This document shows positions 43,790 through 52,181 of a stretch of DNA of 58,786 nt, piece by piece. The DNA comes from an uncultured Candidatus Saccharibacteria bacterium (GTDB lineage Bacteria > Patescibacteriota > Minisyncoccia > Phycocordibacterales > UBA5272): assembly GCA_964457775.1 (NCBI GenBank), contig CAYWEW010000008.1, positions 1 to 58,786 on the forward strand, read 5' to 3'. The notes under the pieces are model-generated. The model was not told the origin of the DNA. It made no database searches and saw nothing but the letters and a program-made list of their open reading frames with translations. The first letter of the stretch is position 1. Every line of letters begins with the position of its first letter. The position numbers and the translations under genes are program-made.

Positions 43790-44881
43790 TTACCTATTTA
43801 ACGGCATAAGAAGATATGTGAAAGTAATATCTTTTGTTCCACGAATAAACATCGGTCTGTTTGGGGTTGAGAACATGCAATTAATAATATCTCCGTCTAT
43901 GTGTGGGAATACTTCTAGGAAATACTTATTATTATATTTTACTTCAATATCATCACCTTTTTTTAATGTATTTATAGTATGTGTTACTTGGCCAACAGCC
44001 TCATTTTTACTATGTAATGTACATTTTGAATCTGTAAAAATACATTCTACTTGTGAATACTGCTCATTAAAAAAAGTTGTTAAAGTTAAAGCTTTTCCTA
44101 ATTCTTCTTTTGAAATTTCAACTGTTGTAGTAAATTCTTTTGGAAAAAGTTGTTGATAATCAGGGAATTGTCCAGTAATGGTATGAATTGATAAAGTTAA
44201 ATTTGGGGAAGAGATAGAAAAAATACTTTCATTAATAGATAAAGTTAATTCTTGCGTTTCTTCATTTATAATTTGTATTATTTCTCCTATGTGTTTTTGT
44301 GGAATTAATAATGAACATTCAACATTACTATTATTTGGAATCTTTTTTTCAGCTAACCGATAAGAATCTGTTGCTACAGAATATATAAAATCATCTTTTG
44401 AATAAATATAAACAGATGTAATTTCTGGTTTTATTTCTGTTGTTGCGGCACAGAAAGAAACATCTTTAAACAAGGTTGTTATATTTTCTTTTGAAAGAGT
44501 TCCTATTATTGCACCTTGTTTTGGTAGTTTTGGAAAATCTTCATATGTTGTTGTTTTAATTTCTATTACCCCTTTCTCTGTTGTTATAGAAAAAACACCA
44601 TCTATAATTTCACAAGTAAGTGTTACATCATGTGATTGAAATGTTGAAATAATTCTAAGTAGTGTTTCACCTTGTAATAAACAAGAACCATTAAGTGAAC
44701 CTTTTACTGGAATACTTTTTTCACAAAAAATTTCTAGGTTGGTTGCGCGTAGTGTAAGAAGATGAGTATCTAATTCTAAATGTATATCTTGAAGGTAGTT
44801 TTGAGATTGTACTTTACTTCTAGCTCGTGATACTTGTTGTACCGCTTTTATAAAAACATCTCCTTTGCATTCGAATTTCAT
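43790..44881 (-). CDS. dnaN: DNA polymerase III beta sliding clamp
   Basis: 363 aa, three-domain length. Positioned after dnaA. The MKFECKGDVFIKAV...ATNLEI...SYRLAEKK pattern is typical of the family. Confidence 0.85.
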   Translation of the reverse strand: MKFECKGDVFIKAVQQVSRARSKVQSQNYLQDIHLELDTHLLTLRATNLEIFCEKSIPVKGSLNGSCLLQGETLLRIISTFQSHDVTLTCEIIDGVFSITTEKGVIEIKTTTYEDFPKLPKQGAIIGTLSKENITTLFKDVSFCAATTEIKPEITSVYIYSKDDFIYSVATDSYRLAEKKIPNNSNVECSLLIPQKHIGEIIQIINEETQELTLSINESIFSISSPNLTLSIHTITGQFPDYQQLFPKEFTTTVEISKEELGKALTLTTFFNEQYSQVECIFTDSKCTLHSKNEAVGQVTHTINTLKKGDDIEVKYNNKYFLEVFPHIDGDIINCMFSTPNRPMFIRGTKDITFTYLLMPLNR

Positions 44882-45167
44882 ATTACTTAGTATATATAAA
44901 ATATAATACTAAGTATAGGTCTGTGGATGATGTGGAGATTATATAAAAACCCTTATAAAATAACAACTTATCGAAAATATTTAAAATTTAATTTATAAAA
45001 TTATAAAAATTCATAATGTGGATAGAATTATAAAATTTAAATATTTATTAAAATAACATAACAGTTATTAATATATTATTATTTATTTATCCACAGAGAT
45101 ATACACAACAGTAATATAAATAAAAAATTATAAGATTTTAATCTTATAATTTTTTTAATAAATATTT
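44882..45167. other. oriC-like AT-rich spacer with DnaA boxes
   Basis: TTATCCACA (45087-45095, perfect consensus), TGTGGATAG (45017-25), TGTGGATGA (44922-30), TGTGGAGAT (44931-39). Long A/T tracts lie between dnaN and dnaA. Confidence 0.7.
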
Positions 45168-46505
45168 TTATAAAAGCATTGCCCTTATATCTTCAACCTC
45201 TCTTGTTAATTGTGGATTATCTTTTAATATACCTTTAATTTTTTCATATGAATGAATAACTGTTGTATGATCTCTACCCCCTAATCTATCTCCAATCATT
45301 GGATAAGATATATCAAAATCTTCACGTAATATATACATAACTATTTGACGAGGTTTCACTACATCTTTACGACGCGTTTTATTATAAATATATACATCAG
45401 GTATATGATAATAATCAGCAATTAATTTTACAATTTCTGGAATAGATATACTTTTTTTAGCACGCACACTATTTTTAAGAAGATTTTTTACATCAAGTAA
45501 TGTTATAGCTTGTTGTTTAATTTGTATATGACCTAAAACAGAGGTCATCACCCCTTCCAATTCACGAATATTACCCTGTATTGTTTCTGCTATATATTGA
45601 AGAACTTCCTGTGGAATTTTTTCATGATGGTCTTTTGCTTTTGATTGTAATATAGCAAGACGTGATTCTACTTGAGGAATATTCACATCAACTATCATTC
45701 CTTGATTAAAACGTGAACGTAATCTATCTTCAAGACCAACGATAAGATTTGGGTGTTTATCAGATGAAAAGATAATTTGTTTATTCATTTCATATAATGA
45801 ATTAAAAAGGTGGAATAATTCATCCTGGGTTCTTTCTTTACCATTAATAAATTGAATATCATCCATAATAAAAACATCATATTTACGATATTTTTCTTTA
45901 AAACTATTAATTTTATTAAGATTAGTTGCATTAACATAATCCATGTAAAATTTTTCAAGAGATGTATAAAAAACTTTTCTTTCTGGATATTTCTTTTTAA
46001 CTGTATTTCCAATTGCCTGCATCATATGAGTCTTTCCGAGACCAGTATTTCCATAAACAAAAAGAGGATTATAAACAATACCAAGATTATTAATAACTGC
46101 TTGAGAGCAAGCGTAAGCAACCTCATTAAAAGAACCAACTATAAAAGTATCAAATGTATAACGAGGGTTTAAACCATCATCTTTATTAACATATAAATCT
46201 TGAAGCGGAAGAGTTTGTCCTGTTATGGTTATATTTTGGGATTTCTTTTGTAAAGTTTCTGGTTTAACAACTGTAAAAACAACAGAACGAACACCTTCGT
46301 GAATAGTGCGTAATATTCTGAGAATAAATTTGTGATATTTTTGATTGAGCCAATCTTTAACAAACTCATTAGGAACACCAATAGTAACCTCCCCTTCTTT
46401 GTAATCAATAATACGAGTATTCTTAAACCAAGTATTAAAGTTAACTCGAGAAAGTTCTATCTCAATTTGAGACAAAGCACTATTCCAAAGTTGTTGATAG
46501 TCCAT
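45168..46505 (-). CDS. dnaA: chromosomal replication initiator DnaA
   Basis: NPLFVYGNTGLGKTHMMQAIGN, VFIMDDIQF, DRLRSRF, and a C-terminal DNA-binding domain (GGRDHTTVIHSYEKI). Confidence 0.93.
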   Translation of the reverse strand: MDYQQLWNSALSQIEIELSRVNFNTWFKNTRIIDYKEGEVTIGVPNEFVKDWLNQKYHKFILRILRTIHEGVRSVVFTVVKPETLQKKSQNITITGQTLPLQDLYVNKDDGLNPRYTFDTFIVGSFNEVAYACSQAVINNLGIVYNPLFVYGNTGLGKTHMMQAIGNTVKKKYPERKVFYTSLEKFYMDYVNATNLNKINSFKEKYRKYDVFIMDDIQFINGKERTQDELFHLFNSLYEMNKQIIFSSDKHPNLIVGLEDRLRSRFNQGMIVDVNIPQVESRLAILQSKAKDHHEKIPQEVLQYIAETIQGNIRELEGVMTSVLGHIQIKQQAITLLDVKNLLKNSVRAKKSISIPEIVKLIADYYHIPDVYIYNKTRRKDVVKPRQIVMYILREDFDISYPMIGDRLGGRDHTTVIHSYEKIKGILKDNPQLTREVEDIRAMLL

Positions 46506-46705
46506 AATTACTTGTTAGTATACACGCGTTTCAAATTGCTACAACTTGACGTATTGGTAAAAAACATTTAGTAATGATTTTTTATATTAATTTTTTTAAA
46601 TTCCTAATTTTTAATTTTAAATTTAAAAAAATTTCACCAACTACCTAAAACACAACACCTATTTTTGAGGTTGATTTATTACACTTTCTCATGTAGAATA
46701 CCCCC

Positions 46706-46840
46706 ATGTCTATAACATATAACCCAAAAAGAAAGAAGAGAGGAACAACTCACGGTTTCTTAGTACGTATGGCTACTAAGGACGGACGTAGGGTAATTTC
46801 ACGTCGCCGAAGTATGGGACGTAAGAAGTTGTCAGTATAA
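46706..46840 (+). CDS. rpmH: 50S ribosomal protein L34
   Basis: Manual translation: [44 protein letters not shown] (44 aa). Below the ORF-track size cut-off. Confidence 0.9.
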   Translation: MSITYNPKRKKRGTTHGFLVRMATKDGRRVISRRRSMGRKKLSV

Positions 46841-46861
46841 AATAAGTTTTAATAAACTTAT

Positions 46862-47173
46862 ATGCTTCCAAAATCAGAACGACTTACAAAAAAGGATTTT
46901 GTAGGACTAAGGCCACGTATTATATTTCGTGGTACTTTTGTTGATATAGCAGCTTCACCTGCACAATTATCACGTTTTGCTTGTGTAATTGCTAAAAAAC
47001 GTATTAAAAGAGCGGTAGATAGAAATAAAGTTAAAAGAAAAATATATCACATAATACGTGAGGTAAAACCAGAAACTTCTAACTTGGTGATTGTATATCC
47101 AAAAATAACTACCTTATCCGGACAATTTTCAAATATAAAAGAGGAAATTGCTAAAGCATTTGCTACACTATAA
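46862..47173 (+). CDS. rnpA: ribonuclease P protein component
   Basis: 103 aa. KKRIKRAVDRNKVKRKIYHIIRE. The rpmH-rnpA-yidC order is canonical. Confidence 0.85.
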   Translation: MLPKSERLTKKDFVGLRPRIIFRGTFVDIAASPAQLSRFACVIAKKRIKRAVDRNKVKRKIYHIIREVKPETSNLVIVYPKITTLSGQFSNIKEEIAKAFATL

Positions 47174-47178
47174 TAATT

Positions 47179-47919
47179 ATGTTTCACACACTTTTTTACG
47201 AACCAGTTTATAATCTTCTAGTAGTTATTTTAAACATTGTACCACTTCATGATATTGGAGCTGCTATTGTTATTGTTACCTTAATCGTAAAATTTATTTT
47301 ACTCCCTCTTAACCTCTCAGCACTACGTACTCAGTATCTTATGAAGCGTTTAGAGCCAGAAATGAATAAAATTAAAGAGCTTCAAAAAACAAAACCACAA
47401 GAAGCTTCGAAAATGATGATTGATTTGTATAGAAGTGAAAAGGTTAATCCTTTCGCAAGTATTTTTGCTGTCATACTTCAAATCCCTATTTTCTTCGCTC
47501 TGTACTTCGTTTTTTCAAAAGGTTTAATTTCTGACCCAGAATCACTTTACTCATTTGTAAAATTCCCAGACACATTACATACATTTGCATTCGGATTATT
47601 TGATGTAACACAGAAAAATATCCCAATCGCCCTTCTTGTTGGACTTTCATCATATATACTTGCTCGTCGTCAAACAGTTGATATGGTTGTGAAAAAAGAA
47701 TCACACGAAGAAGAATCGTTTCAAGATCACTTTATGAAGTCAATGAAGATACAGTTACTATACGTACTTCCTGTAATTATTGGAGTTTCTTCAGCTGTAC
47801 TTCCTTCAGCACTTGGACTTTATTGGTTTGTGAGTAATGTAATTAGTTATGTCCAAGATGTATATATGAAGAATAAATTAGCACATCTTCATCCTAGTAA
47901 TCATAAAAAATCTAACTAA
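47179..47919 (+). CDS. yidC: membrane protein insertase YidC/Oxa1 (short form)
   Basis: LPLNLSALRTQYLMKRLEPEMNKIKE...YRSEKVNPFAS....LQIPIFFALY. Confidence 0.85.
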   Translation: MFHTLFYEPVYNLLVVILNIVPLHDIGAAIVIVTLIVKFILLPLNLSALRTQYLMKRLEPEMNKIKELQKTKPQEASKMMIDLYRSEKVNPFASIFAVILQIPIFFALYFVFSKGLISDPESLYSFVKFPDTLHTFAFGLFDVTQKNIPIALLVGLSSYILARRQTVDMVVKKESHEEESFQDHFMKSMKIQLLYVLPVIIGVSSAVLPSALGLYWFVSNVISYVQDVYMKNKLAHLHPSNHKKSN

Positions 47920-48917
47920 GGTACGTTTTTTAGACAAGCAGTTAATTCACAAGCATAAGATTTTACCCCGCACATATTGAATTTTCCAGTTCCAGGATCT
48001 ATTGGACATGCCCATTTTGGAATAGCAGGCCAGCCGTCAGATGTTTTACAACTCTCGCTTTGAGAATTAGGAATTGTACCATTAGAACAACAATTATATG
48101 ACGCAAAAACCCCCGCAACCGGAATACCATTAACATTTGGAAAGCCAGGATAAACTTGATTCGTATACCTCATTTTATCTTTCATTGTTTCTATACCTTT
48201 TATGATATTTGAAGTAGTGTTTGCTCTAAGTGAAGCAACATCACAAGGTCCTGGTTGATTAATTTGCATAAGACCACAATCATATGTTCCGTTTGGATTT
48301 TGATTATTAGCTTCTGGGTTAGCAGAAGATTCCTTACACATAGTTACAACTATCATTTTATAATCAACCCCTAAACGCTCCGACTCACTTTTTATAATTG
48401 GAAGATATTGTTCATACTTACAACCAGATAAAATACCACAGCTTGTATTACCACATATCCCCCCAGCAGACGCAATAGAAGCTTTAACAACATCAACTGG
48501 ATCGCATGCTCTTGATTCACCAGAAGCAGGACGATTAATGGTTGATGTTGATTGTGAACCATTGTTAGCATTACTTGAAACCCCAGCTACAGACCTGAGA
48601 GCGTCCAACCCCACGTCTCCACTTAGCAAATCTTTGTTAACTGTAGCTAAAATAAGCCATAAAGAAAAAACACCAACTAAACCTAATGTTGTTTTCTTAA
48701 ATATCTCATTAGACTTAGTTATTCCATGTTGTGATGCTTCCATTCTAAATAACCCCGCTTGAGCATATTTTGTAGAAGCTACTACGACAATAACTACAAA
48801 GAATAATGTATATAGAAATGAAGTTGAAGTAAATAGTGAAGGGGTTGCTCCGGTGAAGGATGGAACGGTACCTCCTATACTACTTAAAAGATTTGGTTCA
48901 AGCGATTTGTATTCCAT
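47916..48917 (-). CDS. membrane-anchored lytic transglycosylase (VirB1-like SLT domain)
   Basis: The C-terminal domain has MCKESSANPEA...DCGLMQIN (SLT catalytic Glu plus the GLMQ block). The N-terminal two-helix module is shared with 50292..51110. Confidence 0.7.
   Translation of the reverse strand: MEYKSLEPNLLSSIGGTVPSFTGATPSLFTSTSFLYTLFFVVIVVVASTKYAQAGLFRMEASQHGITKSNEIFKKTTLGLVGVFSLWLILATVNKDLLSGDVGLDALRSVAGVSSNANNGSQSTSTINRPASGESRACDPVDVVKASIASAGGICGNTSCGILSGCKYEQYLPIIKSESERLGVDYKMIVVTMCKESSANPEANNQNPNGTYDCGLMQINQPGPCDVASLRANTTSNIIKGIETMKDKMRYTNQVYPGFPNVNGIPVAGVFASYNCCSNGTIPNSQSESCKTSDGWPAIPKWACPIDPGTGKFNMCGVKSYACELTACLKNVP
48591..48875 (-). repeat. 285-bp near-identical direct repeat, copy 1
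   Basis: Matches 50772-51056 with only 2 differences that I could find, both at the 48591-48600 end. Encodes GGTVPSFTGATPSLF...DVGLDALRS. Confidence 0.9.
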
Positions 48918-48923
48918 ACAGCC

Positions 48924-50213
48924 TTATTGATCACCAAGAAGAGATGTATCTAAAAGCCACAACGAACCATTTTGTTTTCTATTGAAACTAATAAGCTCAT
49001 TACTTTCCGAAATAGAAAAATTTGTAATATCAAAAGAAAGTTTTTGAGGGGTATCGAAAGTATATAGTGGGTAAGTTTCCGCGCTCTTTGTATCTACTAT
49101 AACTAGAGAATCCTCGAATGAATACCTCCCTTGGAACCAATCATCAGGTAACCCCTCCGTACTTCTTGGTAATAATTCTGGAACAGCACAAATAAGAAAA
49201 TTATTTTTACCCCAACCACACTTTGAAGCAACTGTTGATATTGAAAGAACAACTTGATTACTAGCGATTGAAAGAAATGTTTTTAAACCACTATTAGACC
49301 ACATACTATTTAGTAGTATTCCATCTTCTCCAGGATTAGACATTAATCCAGTTTTGTTACCAACAACAAATTCAAATGAAGGAATCATAACTGTCATGCC
49401 CCCTACATAAGCAGAAGGTTTTGTAGTCGCGTATAGAGTGTCCCCCCCGTAGGAAAGCGACCATTCTTTAAAAGGAGTGCTCGCAATAAGTAATGCTCCA
49501 TTTTTTGATACTGTGTAAACAGAAGTTCCTGTATCCCCCGTCACAAGATAAGAAGCCAATGTTCCTTTTTTATTAACTGCAACAGAGGTAACTTGTGCAG
49601 GTAAATATTTTGTATTTTCAAGAGGCTTCGCATCTTGTTTATCACTCACATCAGGGATGGTTGCAAGAACACCAACAATGCCTTTTGTTTCAGCATCAGC
49701 ATACCTTAATATTATACTTTTACCATTGTTGAAAATATAAGCATCATAAATACCAGGCAAGGTGGTGTTACTAATTTGATAAATTTTACCAATCTCTCTG
49801 TTATATCCATAAATATAACCAGTTATTCTATCTACAAACATAAGAATGGTTGAAGTAGAACTAACAAGCTTTTTAATCATAACAGTAGTAGTCCCTTTGG
49901 TCGAAGTCGCATCAACTTCAATAACAATATCTTTAGTAATAAAAGTTTGACCAGTTGTTGGTTTTTTCCAAATTTCTGTTAAAGGTTCTGGTTTTGGAAA
50001 AGTCATCTCAGTTGTCGATGTTGATTCTATTGTTTCTTCATCGTTATTAAATATAAAATTAAAACCTTTCGAAACAGCTGATGGTAATAATGGGTTATTT
50101 GTTTTAGCAAACGAATCAGCAGGTTTTGGTTGTGCATAAATAAAAAACCAAATAATAACACCAACTGCAAAAACAAGAACTGATATTATAGCGAAAAGTA
50201 ATCGACGATTCAT
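48924..50213 (-). CDS. membrane-anchored/secreted hypothetical protein (T4SS cluster)
   Basis: 429 aa. N-terminal TM helix, beta-rich remainder, no motif recognised. Confidence 0.45.
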   Translation of the reverse strand: MNRRLLFAIISVLVFAVGVIIWFFIYAQPKPADSFAKTNNPLLPSAVSKGFNFIFNNDEETIESTSTTEMTFPKPEPLTEIWKKPTTGQTFITKDIVIEVDATSTKGTTTVMIKKLVSSTSTILMFVDRITGYIYGYNREIGKIYQISNTTLPGIYDAYIFNNGKSIILRYADAETKGIVGVLATIPDVSDKQDAKPLENTKYLPAQVTSVAVNKKGTLASYLVTGDTGTSVYTVSKNGALLIASTPFKEWSLSYGGDTLYATTKPSAYVGGMTVMIPSFEFVVGNKTGLMSNPGEDGILLNSMWSNSGLKTFLSIASNQVVLSISTVASKCGWGKNNFLICAVPELLPRSTEGLPDDWFQGRYSFEDSLVIVDTKSAETYPLYTFDTPQKLSFDITNFSISESNELISFNRKQNGSLWLLDTSLLGDQ

Positions 50214-50291
50214 AGTTTACAGTATACCAAGGACAGTCGTTAGCTGTTAGTCGTTATTAGCTGAGAAAAACAAAATACTGTGGATATTTTA

Positions 50292-51110
50292 TTAATAAAC
50301 GTGGAAGTGCCTGTTTCCTCCAGGTTCATCCCAAAAAATATACCCATGTAATCCCCACTTTACAGGACTGCCTGAAATATTAGGCGTTCCATTTTTTTTC
50401 ACATATTGATACAAAGAGTCGCTTTCTGATCTTAAACGAAGGTCAACAGGTCGTTTGCCAACACCATGAGTTCTGTGTCCTGGCTCGGTCCCTCCCGTTA
50501 TTACTGCCTCACAGTTACATTCTCTTTTTAAAGTAATCAACATATTTAATGTTTCCTCAGGAAGTCCTCCGAGGTTTGTACAGCTTGGTTTTGATTCCTT
50601 CATTTGCGCCTCTGTGCAAGGTTCATTGTTCCAACCTATTCCTGCATCAGACATTCTTTTCCGAGCAGAAGTTTCGTCTGAGTTTGCGGTGCTTGGCTTC
50701 ATGCCTTCACCAGTTGGGTTCACTTCTGGTATAACTCCTGTTGCTCCACCTCCACCGAATTCGCCTGCAGAAGACCTAAGCGCGTCCAACCCCACGTCTC
50801 CACTTAGCAAATCTTTGTTAACTGTAGCTAAAATAAGCCATAAAGAAAAAACACCAACTAAACCTAATGTTGTTTTCTTAAATATCTCATTAGACTTAGT
50901 TATTCCATGTTGTGATGCTTCCATTCTAAATAACCCCGCTTGAGCATATTTTGTAGAAGCTACTACGACAATAACTACAAAGAATAATGTATATAGAAAT
51001 GAAGTTGAAGTAAATAGTGAAGGGGTTGCTCCGGTGAAGGATGGAACGGTACCTCCAACGGACTTCATAAAAGCTTCTTCTAATGGAACATATGATGTTG
51101 GTGTGGCCAT
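50292..51110 (-). CDS. membrane-anchored LAS-type (peptidase M15/VanY-like) cell-wall hydrolase
   Basis: The C-terminus ITGGTEPGHRTHGVGKRPVDLRL...NRHFHV fits the H-x-D...HxH zinc motif of DD-/LD-peptidases. Start set at MATPTSY, because the tracked N-terminus translates the AAGTCCA repeat. Confidence 0.55.
   Translation of the reverse strand: MATPTSYVPLEEAFMKSVGGTVPSFTGATPSLFTSTSFLYTLFFVVIVVVASTKYAQAGLFRMEASQHGITKSNEIFKKTTLGLVGVFSLWLILATVNKDLLSGDVGLDALRSSAGEFGGGGATGVIPEVNPTGEGMKPSTANSDETSARKRMSDAGIGWNNEPCTEAQMKESKPSCTNLGGLPEETLNMLITLKRECNCEAVITGGTEPGHRTHGVGKRPVDLRLRSESDSLYQYVKKNGTPNISGSPVKWGLHGYIFWDEPGGNRHFHVY
50772..51056 (-). repeat. 285-bp near-identical direct repeat, copy 2
   Basis: See copy 1 (48591-48875). 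Confidence 0.9.
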
Positions 51111-51132
51111 ATGAGTATTAGTATACTTTTTT

Positions 51133-51194
51133 AAGTCCAAAGTCCAAAGTCCAAAGTCCAACTTTTGACTTTATAAACTTTAAAGACTTTCGAC
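51133..51194. repeat. empty AAAGTC-iteron palindromic element inside the T4SS cluster
   Basis: (AAGTCCA)x4 at 51133-51160, followed by the inverted CTTTTGACTTTATAAACTTTAAAGACTTTCGAC. Confidence 0.6.
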
Positions 51195-52174
51195 TACTTT
51201 CTTGTATCAAATATCAACTCTAGATTAGTAACAGTTTTTTGCAGCCTACGTTTTGTGTTCTCAACCGTAATTGAAAGTCTACGAACACCGTAACTATCTT
51301 CTTTTGGGCGCATAGAAAGAAGAGTTCCTCCGAGTGGAGTAATAGGAAGACCATCCAACGCCCAATCATACGAAACTGTACCCTCCAAACCCTTCTTTGT
51401 TGAAAGATAAAATGGCTCAAGTGAAAGTGTAAAATCCTTCGTCGTTTCAAAACGTTTATTAATTACAGAAACGAAATTTGTCCCAAGAATATCATCATAA
51501 GTATATACAAGAGGCATAACATCGTGTTGGTATACATCTAATGACTTCGTAGCAGATACTCCATATGGTCCATTAACCATCACTTTCACAGTAGTAAAAG
51601 GTCTTAAAAAATCTACTTCAATTAATGCGGACTGTCTTCCTATTCCAGATAAACTGTCTACAAATTCACCACTTACATACCAAGAATATGATAAAGAAGA
51701 TGGTGAAATAATTTGGCCCCTCTCACTAATATTTGGTATAGCAACGAATCTAACGACAGCACCTTCCCCAGGCAATGATCTACCCTCATAAAACAGAGGA
51801 ACGTAGCTCTCCGGTGTTTCATAAATAATATCTACGGACTCCGGTACGATTGCAATGTCTACCTCGAATACCTCATTATCTGCAGTTACAGCTTTTACAC
51901 GAACCGGTATTACAGTCCCAGCCTGGCCAGTTTTTAAGGTTAATTTTTTTTCACCCAAACCACGCAACACCTCTTTACCGTTTACAGACCATGCTATTTG
52001 AGCAGTGTTAACATTAAATAAATAACTTACAAGTGTCGCAGTCACAGAAGTGTATGGGGTAGGATTTTTGGGTTCAAGGGAGACAGCTGCTTCTGATCCT
52101 GCAAAAGAAACTATAGGTGAAACAAAAAAAGTAGTTAATATTATTGTATAAATTATTAATAAATATTTTTTCAT
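51194..52174 (-). CDS. secreted hypothetical protein (T4SS cluster)
   Basis: Start at MKKYLLIIYTIILTTFFVSPIVSFAGS (signal peptide). Beta-rich. Confidence 0.45.
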   Translation of the reverse strand: MKKYLLIIYTIILTTFFVSPIVSFAGSEAAVSLEPKNPTPYTSVTATLVSYLFNVNTAQIAWSVNGKEVLRGLGEKKLTLKTGQAGTVIPVRVKAVTADNEVFEVDIAIVPESVDIIYETPESYVPLFYEGRSLPGEGAVVRFVAIPNISERGQIISPSSLSYSWYVSGEFVDSLSGIGRQSALIEVDFLRPFTTVKVMVNGPYGVSATKSLDVYQHDVMPLVYTYDDILGTNFVSVINKRFETTKDFTLSLEPFYLSTKKGLEGTVSYDWALDGLPITPLGGTLLSMRPKEDSYGVRRLSITVENTKRRLQKTVTNLELIFDTRK

Positions 52175-52181
52175 AATATTT

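Noticed and set aside
51133-51194. AAAGTC/AAGTCCA arrays as a CRISPR array
   Set aside because: The units are 7-9 nt with no spacers of unique sequence. The arrays are 30-60 bp, palindromic in pairs, and there are no cas genes.
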